DNA of 41,030 nucleotides from Hyphochytrium catenoides. Lineage: Eukaryota > Protista > Hyphochytriomycota. Position 1 is the first letter of the stretch; every line of letters begins with the position of its first letter. Positions 33,766-41,030 of the stretch are shown in pieces. The stretch is taken from contig FLMG01001402.1 in assembly GCA_900088475.1 (NCBI GenBank), positions 1 through 41,030 on the forward strand, given 5' to 3'. The notes beneath the pieces were generated by a model, which did not search any database, was not told the DNA's origin, and saw nothing but the letters and a program-made list of their open reading frames with translations. The translations under genes and the position numbers were made by a program.

Positions 33766-34056
33766 GCCGTTGCGCTCTTACATTGGAGGGACGGGGGTCC
33801 AAAGGAAGAAGAGACAAGGGAGAGCAAGGCTAGGTCACCATTTTCCCAGTGCCTGCCACTTTGCTGCCAGTATCTTGTCATTCTTACTTGTGCTGAAGCG
33901 TTGTGAAGACTTGGTACCCCTAACAGAAACGTTCTTCCCTTGAAGCAGTATATGTTCAGCTTCAGATTCAGAGATTGATGCTCTGCCGGGTATCCCTTGC
34001 TGATAGCGCTTGTTCATTCTCTCAGATCTTACTTGCTTCTCAACCATCGTCTGACA

Positions 34057-35530
34057 ATGGCGAGCCTAGGGATGCAGGCTGCGGCCGAACTGATCGGTAC
34101 ATGGTGGATTCTTGCTGTAGGCAATTCCCTTATCGCCAACGAAGTTCTAGCCAGCACAAAGGGAAATAAGATGGGCTTTGGATTCATTGCTCTCTACTTT
34201 GGCTTAGCTTTCTTCTTGCCACTGATATGCTTCAGCGATGTTAGCGCCACATTCAATCCTGCCTCAGCGATCTTCAAGTGGGTACTAGGACGGATCTCAA
34301 CCTCTCAGTTCTTTGTCTTCTGTGCTATGGAGCTTGCCGGTGCATTCTTAGGAGGCGTCACCGCTTGGCTCTATCACATTGGCCACTTTAACCTGAAGCC
34401 TAAGCCACCCCTCAGCCCGCATTGGACTGATGCTTTTCTAAGACCAATGGAGAGACGAGAAGAGACTGCGGCCACGTACACTTCCTTTGCTGGTATACCG
34501 TTTCCGGAGAGATTGCGCTTTCGCAAGGCTACAAGCGCAGACGAGGAGTTACAACGCAATCGTGCAGCCACTAGCCCCAGGGCTCCAGGTTCCCAGGATC
34601 TGGATACAAGCGCTGTGGCCACGAACAGCAGGGCTGAGACAAAGAAGGTGCAATCCCTAGCGCAGGAGATCACAAAGCCAAAGCGCAAGTATGGGATGAC
34701 TGACAGTGACTTAATGGAAGGACTACATGACGCTTATGAGACGCTGTCGGCAGAGGACTGGGCCTACACAGCGAACGTCATTGCTGATCAGTCGTCCAAA
34801 CTTAGTGTCTTTGCAACGCGGCCAGCAATATTTAACTGGTGGCAGAACCTACTGACAGAGACACTGGGAACAATGCTACTGATCTGGGGTGCCTTCACTT
34901 TAGAAGATGTCGTCGAGCTACTTCCAGTGGAGTTCAGACCTCTCTACCTCAAAGCTATATTCCCATTCTACCTTTCCCTGTATGTCGTCGCTTGCGTTGG
35001 TGCCCTGGGCGGACCGACGGTAGGTGGTGCGGTCGCTGGCTTAAACAAGTGTACTTTTCCTCAAATTTGTTAAGATTTATAGTGCGAATGAAAGCGCAGC
35101 GTATTGCTCCGTTCGTGTCTCTTCAATCAACCTTTCTCCCCCCTTCTTAGCTTTCACTATTCTTTCAGATTAACCTGCTTTCCCTCTTGCAACATCAACT
35201 GATTAACTAACTCTCACCACTCTCCATGCTGCGTGCACCTGGACGTGTCACTCCACGCCTACTCTGTCCACAGGGCTATGCAGCCAACCCAGGTATGCTC
35301 AGTGGTGTACGGAATGCGGTCATCGCGGGGGTGCTAACTGACCTGCCTGTTTTGTCTTTTCAGCAAGAGATCTAGGTCCTAGGCTAGCTCATTGGATCTT
35401 GCCCATCCCCAACAAGGGCTCATCCGAGTGGCACTACGCGTGGATTCCTATCGTAGGACCATTTCTGGGAGGTCTACTAGCAGCTGCACTCTATGAAGGC
35501 ACTTCAAGGGTGATGCTGACGAATAAGTAG
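34057..35530 (+). CDS. Aquaglyceroporin (MIP family, GlpF type) with an expanded loop C
   Basis: Exons are 34057-35019, 35274-35292 and 35364-35530. Motifs are AELIGT, the first NPA (TFNPAS), [13 protein letters not shown] and spliced [43 protein letters not shown]. The Asp in NPARD marks glycerol facilitators. Confidence 0.95.
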
Positions 35531-35734
35531 CACATCAAAGAGGAGTTAAGGGTTGTGCTGCTAGAACTAATTTATTGAGACGTCTCCCTATGTAACGAAT
35601 TAATAGCGGTGATAAGGGATAAAGGTACATTGATGCCACGGAGGCACATGAAAAATAGTAAGAGCAGCTAGCAATGGCGGTAATGTGCCAAACCTCTCTA
35701 ACTGCTCCTGTCTTTGCTTGGTTCCTTGGTCCTA

Positions 35735-37788
35735 TCATACTCTAGTACCCTTGAGTCCGCGCTTGGGATAAGCTCTGGCCCTATCAGAACGAACGACACC
35801 AAGTTCGTCATCTTGTTGCAAGTCCAATTCATCATGACCAAGGTCAGCACCTACATCGGGGGGTGGGATCTCTAAAGCCAACAGCTCTTGGTCCGTGAAC
35901 CAAATGCCGCCAGAGTCCATAACGCTAGGGTTCTCAATGCGATGATACTGGAATACGCCGACTAGCTTAGAGGCTCTTTCGCTCTTCAGTAAATGACTCA
36001 CAGGAGTTCCGGTCACTGACTCCAAAAACCCAAAGGCCTGGGATCGCTTTTCTGATGATAGGGAATGCGATCGCGGCGAAGCTGAAGGCTTCATCGCCAT
36101 CAGCCTGTTCACCAGCTCCAAGAGCTTTCGAGGGGCATCTCCAGCAAAGGAATTCCACCACGCATTGGCATCAGTCTTTTCGGCGACATCCCAAAGAATT
36201 TCGCCTGCAAACCTGCCCGCGCGGCCCCTGAAGTTGATGACCTCCGCACAAATGTCCGCGGTCTCGCCCTCTGTGGCGTTATCTGCTGCAACTTGGTCCT
36301 TAAGGAACTTCAATGTCTCTGCATATTCTTCATTGGACAAAGCTGACCCTGCAAACCTAGGGTCGAGGAGGTATGCGAGCTGCATCACTGGGTGTCTGAT
36401 CCTTCCCCAGTATGAATTCAGCTTCTCGTGGATGAAGGCCTTAAGTTTGGGCGTGAAGTCTTTGCATGGCCCATCAGGACTAAAGTAATAGTTGAGCTCT
36501 GTGAAGACGTGGAATACTTGCGAAACCGATGCGGAATCAGACTGAAGGCTGATTATATGTTGGCCAAGGACCTCAAGGACCCGATTCTGCGAATCCACCA
36601 TGCTCCAGAACTCCTCGTCCATTGTAAGCGCTCGGATTTCATGTGGGAGAAGTCGGTTTTCATCAAGAAATGCTGATCCCGCAATGATACCGTCCCTGTT
36701 GCTCATTAGGGACTGGTACATCTGAGAATAGGAATGCCAGCTCGTCGTCATGGGCACGCTTGGTAGCGGAGTATCCTTGGTTCGGTCGGCGCGTTGGCGG
36801 AGAGTGGCCTTCGCTGCATCATTATCTCGGAAGAAGGAGGACACGCGTTTGGCTTTCTCAGCAGCGGTAGCGCAGTAGTCAGTCCCCAGAATGTCATCCT
36901 CGGTTAGGCGGATGAGGGCCGTAGAAGCGCAGCCATAGAAACTGATCCGCGGATATCGGGGTGCTAGGATCTTCCAAGCAGCCTTAATCTTGGGACCCAC
37001 GTCAGATACAACCGAGACAACTTTATGGCGTCCAACTTCTTCAATAATCTTGGCAATCCCTGCCGCTACCCCTTCTGCAGTTTGAAAATCTGGATTAGCT
37101 GCTATGGCTCTGTAAAATATTGGCTTAGGAGTCATGACCATAAAGTTAATGAGGCCTTCCTCGCCGTCGGCCGCCCTATATATCAAGGTAAGAAGAAGAG
37201 GCAAAATGTTAGCTAGAGGGAAGAAATGGGGAGGGACAGAGATGAGACTTACCAGGCGTCTGCTGTGACGGTCACCGCCTTCGCCTGAGAGATAAGGCTT
37301 GTAGTCTTTTCTCTGATAAATGCTGATTCCTTATCCAGCAATACGTCAGCTACCTGCTCCCGGCTTGGCACCGGAGCGTGAGGGTTGAGAGATTTTATCA
37401 TCTTAACAAACAATGGGTGCTCCACCACTGAGAAGGGAATGCCGGTTCCATATATCATACGCGCGATGGCAAGACTGACATCTTCACTGCCTCGCTTGTC
37501 TAACGCATAGCCCGCCTTGCGCTTGCCGCCTATTAGCTGCTTCGACTTACGATCATCGTCAAACTCACCGCTACCTGGCTTGCCATAGTTCATCTTCTTC
37601 TTGCTGAACTGCTCTTGCGCGACGGCTGAAGGTGCATTGGTGCAGACTCTCATGTGGTCCGCGGCTCGAGTAGCATTGGCGAGGAGCTCTTTCCCGCAAT
37701 AAAGGCAGATAGCTCTACCTTTCTTCCCATCCATTGGGGGAGCTTCCATCTTGTAGTGCTTCCAGACATCACTTGGCAACCGTGGCAT
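35735..37788 (-). CDS. hAT-superfamily transposase-derived protein (BED finger, DUF659-like core, hATC dimerisation region), probably domesticated
   Basis: BED finger VWKHY...CLYC...HMRVC, then IARMIYGTGIPFSVVEHPLF, TADAW (across the 77-nt intron 37176-37252), VVSD, AYLLDPRF, AWWNSF and ERASKLV. The two-exon ORF is intact. Confidence 0.88.
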
Positions 37789-38799
37789 GGCTCCCAGAAG
37801 GTTGGATATAAGATCAGCCTCTGCCGGGACGTGCTGCAGGAGATCCACAGGGATGGACTTATCCTCTCTATCTAACACTTCCCCGGATGGTCAGCTATAA
37901 TAGAGGGATATCTTCCAGAGCTTCTGATTGCCCTTGAGGCACTCAAAATCCGTGGAACAGCAAGAGTCTGAAGTTTCCTTTTCAATTTGGCCCTGTCGAA
38001 ATGTTCCAGAGCAAGAAAGAGACGCGCCGATAATTCCCAGGAGCGCGGATTATTCCGTTGTGAGGGTGGATTGCCTTCCAATCGGGCGGCCTGTGAAACT
38101 TTCCTGTGACAGTTCCAGGGAGATTTTAGACTGCAGCAAGGTCATATCTAGTGTGAGGTAACACTAAACGAGAGCCAAGCCTGGTGTATACCAGCAAGGA
38201 TTTAAAATTGTAGCTTAACGTGCTGCTTCTCGGGAGGTTCATCTCTGAGTGTTTGATTTAGGCGAAAAGCCCAGGCCAGGAATTGTTCAAAGCATAGTCC
38301 TGTGGCCTTGTAACATCAAAATGGCCATGAGATTAGGGTTGCAGCCCGTTTCTCATTCAGGGAGGGAGGATAGTTGGGGGGCTAATGCCTGAAGACCTGT
38401 TGTTGCCATTAAATGTCAAAGCACTAGAAGAGGGGTTTGGGAAGAATTTTACGAGGTGTAGAATTGAATATTTAAATGCGGTTTCTTCCCTTCCAAATAC
38501 CTAATCCAAGCGTAATATAGCTGGTAAGTGACTAGCAATCGTTTCCTACTTTGCATTTTCGGGTGGGTGGGACGTCGAATGGTTGTGTGGCGATTCCAGG
38601 CAATTTGAAACAGGAACATTCAAAGGCTAAAACTTCGAAGCCGTCACTTTGGTTGCCGGAATTATTTCTCCAATTTTCGGTCGTTTCAAACTTGCAGGTA
38701 TCTTCCACGTTTGAATTTGTTGTGGGGATGAAGTCTCTTGTCTCTTGACTTGCCAGATCCATCATTCCATCTTTTTTGTTGTTGGTGTGCTAAAAATTG

Positions 38800-41030
38800 A
38801 AAAAATAATTATTGGAGGATACTGCACTACTATCTACTAGTTCCTACCAAGAGATAGTATTGCTGATGATGATGACGTGTGATGACCAAGAGGGAGGAGG
38901 AGGGCGGCTAAGGCGGCGCCTTCGTTGTTGTTTCAACTAATAACTCCTTTTTGGCCTGCTACTACTAGCTGCTCGTGGTGGTGGCGGCAGCGGCGGCGGC
39001 GGCACTACTACTGCTGCTGGTGGTGGTAATAATGATGATGATAGGGATGATAATACTACGCTGTTGGGTGGGGCAATGATAGCAAGAAGAAGAAGAGGAA
39101 GCAGCAGCAGCACCTCACACTACCACTACTACTATTACACTATTTTCTTCAAACAACAAGAAGTCATCATCATCATCATCGTCATCATCATCAGGATCTT
39201 TTTGGATTTTTTTGTTTTGTTTACTATCATGATGATCAAGCAAACACTCAAGAGTGAAGCCCTGGTAGTAGTACTACTACATATAACCTCCTCCTTTTCC
39301 TCCTGCCAAAACGCCACAACAACTCCATCAAACCATCTGCTGTCCTTTCACTGCGTCTGTGTCGTTCTCCCGACGGTGAAGCGCACCACCGCCATTGATG
39401 ATCGATATCATACATCATTCGGAGATTGCTTTTTGTTATTATTGCTTCTTTTTTTTTTATTTTATCATCATCATTGGGCTCATCTTCTACGACATCATCA
39501 TGTCCTCTTCTTCAGCTGCTGCTGTCATTCAGCGCTTCCTCTTGAATGAGGAGGTAGCAGCAGCAGTAAGAAGGAGGAGCAACATAATGCAAATTCTCTT
39601 GCTCTTCCATCATTGTTTCCATTATTCTCCTATTATGTGATCACCCTCACAAACATACAGGAGCAGGAGGAAATATTCCCGCAACAGTAGCTGCTGCCAT
39701 CAGTGCTGCTAATGCTATGAATATAATGTACATATATATATATATTATAATAGCCGACCACCCTCTATCATCATTTGAACTCGATTTTTTGATGAAGAAA
39801 AGCACGTCTTTTGCCCTCCACCATTATTGCTCGAATAGTGTTTTCTCTTTCATGGCGGTGTGATTGGCGATGGTGACCTGAGACTGCCGGGAGGTTGCAT
39901 CGAGACTGCGCTAGCTGCTACTACCCCTTGGCATGGTGAGCCCATCAACCCTCTCTATCTACTCTACATTATTAATAGTTTTTTTTGTCATCAACAACCG
40001 GATTAGCAGTAACAATAATCTTCTTTTTCAACAACAACCTTTGTTAGTTGTTTGTGTTCTATGTTGTCGTTGGTATCTTGTTCTTGTATTCAGTGGCGTA
40101 AGTTGTTGCTGCTCGTACCGAGTTGCGCCTAAATAATGATGACGACAATAGTAGTAGGAGTTGTCGGCGGATTCTCATTGTGGGTACTTGCTTCTTGTTC
40201 TTATTAGGGGCGGAAGTACCTACTAATCCTAGCGACCAAGTAAGAATTTGTCGCAAATCCTCCTTGGTCGTCGTCGGTACATATCAAAGGCGTTGCCGTT
40301 CAATAAGAAGGATGGCGATTATTCGCCTCCTCCGACCTTCTTCCTTCCCCGTAACTTCCTAGGGGCTAATAAGTTTTGATGATATCGATGATGCACCAAA
40401 CTACTACGGGCTGTGCCGTCACTGAATGATTATGATTCATCATAGTCACTACTCCATCCGTCTATCCATATTTATTGCCCCATAACATCGTTGTTTCTTA
40501 TGGGGCTATTTGGACTGTGCTAGGGTGATGAGGTTCTTCCCATATTATTCTATCACTGATGACCCAAAGCAACGGGCAACAATCAGCCAACGGTAGACAA
40601 ATACTGAGGAAAGCACCTGAAGAAGAGACCAGAAGAAGATGCCTCTCCCCTCCGCTGCTGCTACTATGTGGCGACAGAAGATTGAAGTAAGAGACCTCAA
40701 TCTTGTTCTTCATCATCAAGCATGGACCAACAACGTATGAAGGATGGCACCTGGATAAGAGTATTATCCAAGACACAACCGATCAAAAGAGACTCCTCTT
40801 CTCTACCATCGTTCCTTTTGATGCTAGATATGTGACGCCCAGCTGGTGAGGATAGAGGATAGATGAAGACATTGATTTGCTTGGTAGCAAGAAGGATGGA
40901 ATCCACCGGTAATACTAGCTATACTACACAAAACGTGAAAGGAAGGGCTATGCACCACAAATGGAGAGGACAGAAAAGAAGAAACGGAAGTAAAGTAGTC
41001 CTTGTTGCTCTTACCACAACCGTGAACATA
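38800..41030. other. Low-complexity region rich in trinucleotide repeats, with no intact ORF; possible decayed gene or repeat
   Basis: Short CAT, TAC, CTG and GGC runs, a TA run and poly-T are abundant. It appears more AT-rich than the flanking genes, and only short ORFs are present. Confidence 0.5.

Noticed and set aside
33200-33950. Small gene between the expansin and the aquaglyceroporin
   Set aside because: Several overlapping short ORFs have no consistent exon chain or domain. The apparent peptide repeats come from a 15-bp duplication.
12831-35530. A phosphate-scavenging cluster (S1/P1 nuclease, PstS receptor, glycerol channel)
   Set aside because: The genes are 5-11 kb apart with unrelated genes between them. 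Nothing in the sequence supports co-regulation without expression data.
1-41030. CRISPR array, prophage or prokaryotic operon
   Set aside because: No regularly spaced repeats were seen, and several genes carry spliceosomal introns, including those with bacterial-like domains. This argues against bacterial contamination.

Overview
This is gene-dense eukaryotic genomic DNA with short GT-AG introns and CTAAC/CTGAC branch points. Gene content suggests a stramenopile, probably an oomycete or relative; that assignment is inference only. About 12 protein-coding genes are supported, in order: a triple-WW protein (5' end outside the window), a TRMT2A/Trm2 tRNA m5U54 methyltransferase carrying a propeller-like insert, a small coiled-coil protein with a BAF57/Snf6-like motif, Sua5, a C2 protein with an oleosin-like hairpin, a secreted S1/P1 nuclease, two PH-domain proteins, a divergent Skp1, a large receptor, a membrane-anchored expansin-like protein, a GlpF-type aquaglyceroporin and an intron-containing, probably domesticated hAT transposase. 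The most striking feature is the two-exon gene at 25358-29365 (about 1279 aa). It joins two tandem PstS-like phosphate-binding-protein domains, a Cys-rich stalk, a class-C-like 7TM bundle and a C-terminal RGS domain. It is a candidate nutrient or anion-sensing receptor that would act as a ligand-regulated G-alpha GAP. The ORF track splits it in two, and it is seen whole only after splicing. Regions 14.2-17.3, 22.0-25.2 and 38.5-41.0 kb look non-coding or decayed. All exon models and motif alignments were made by eye.
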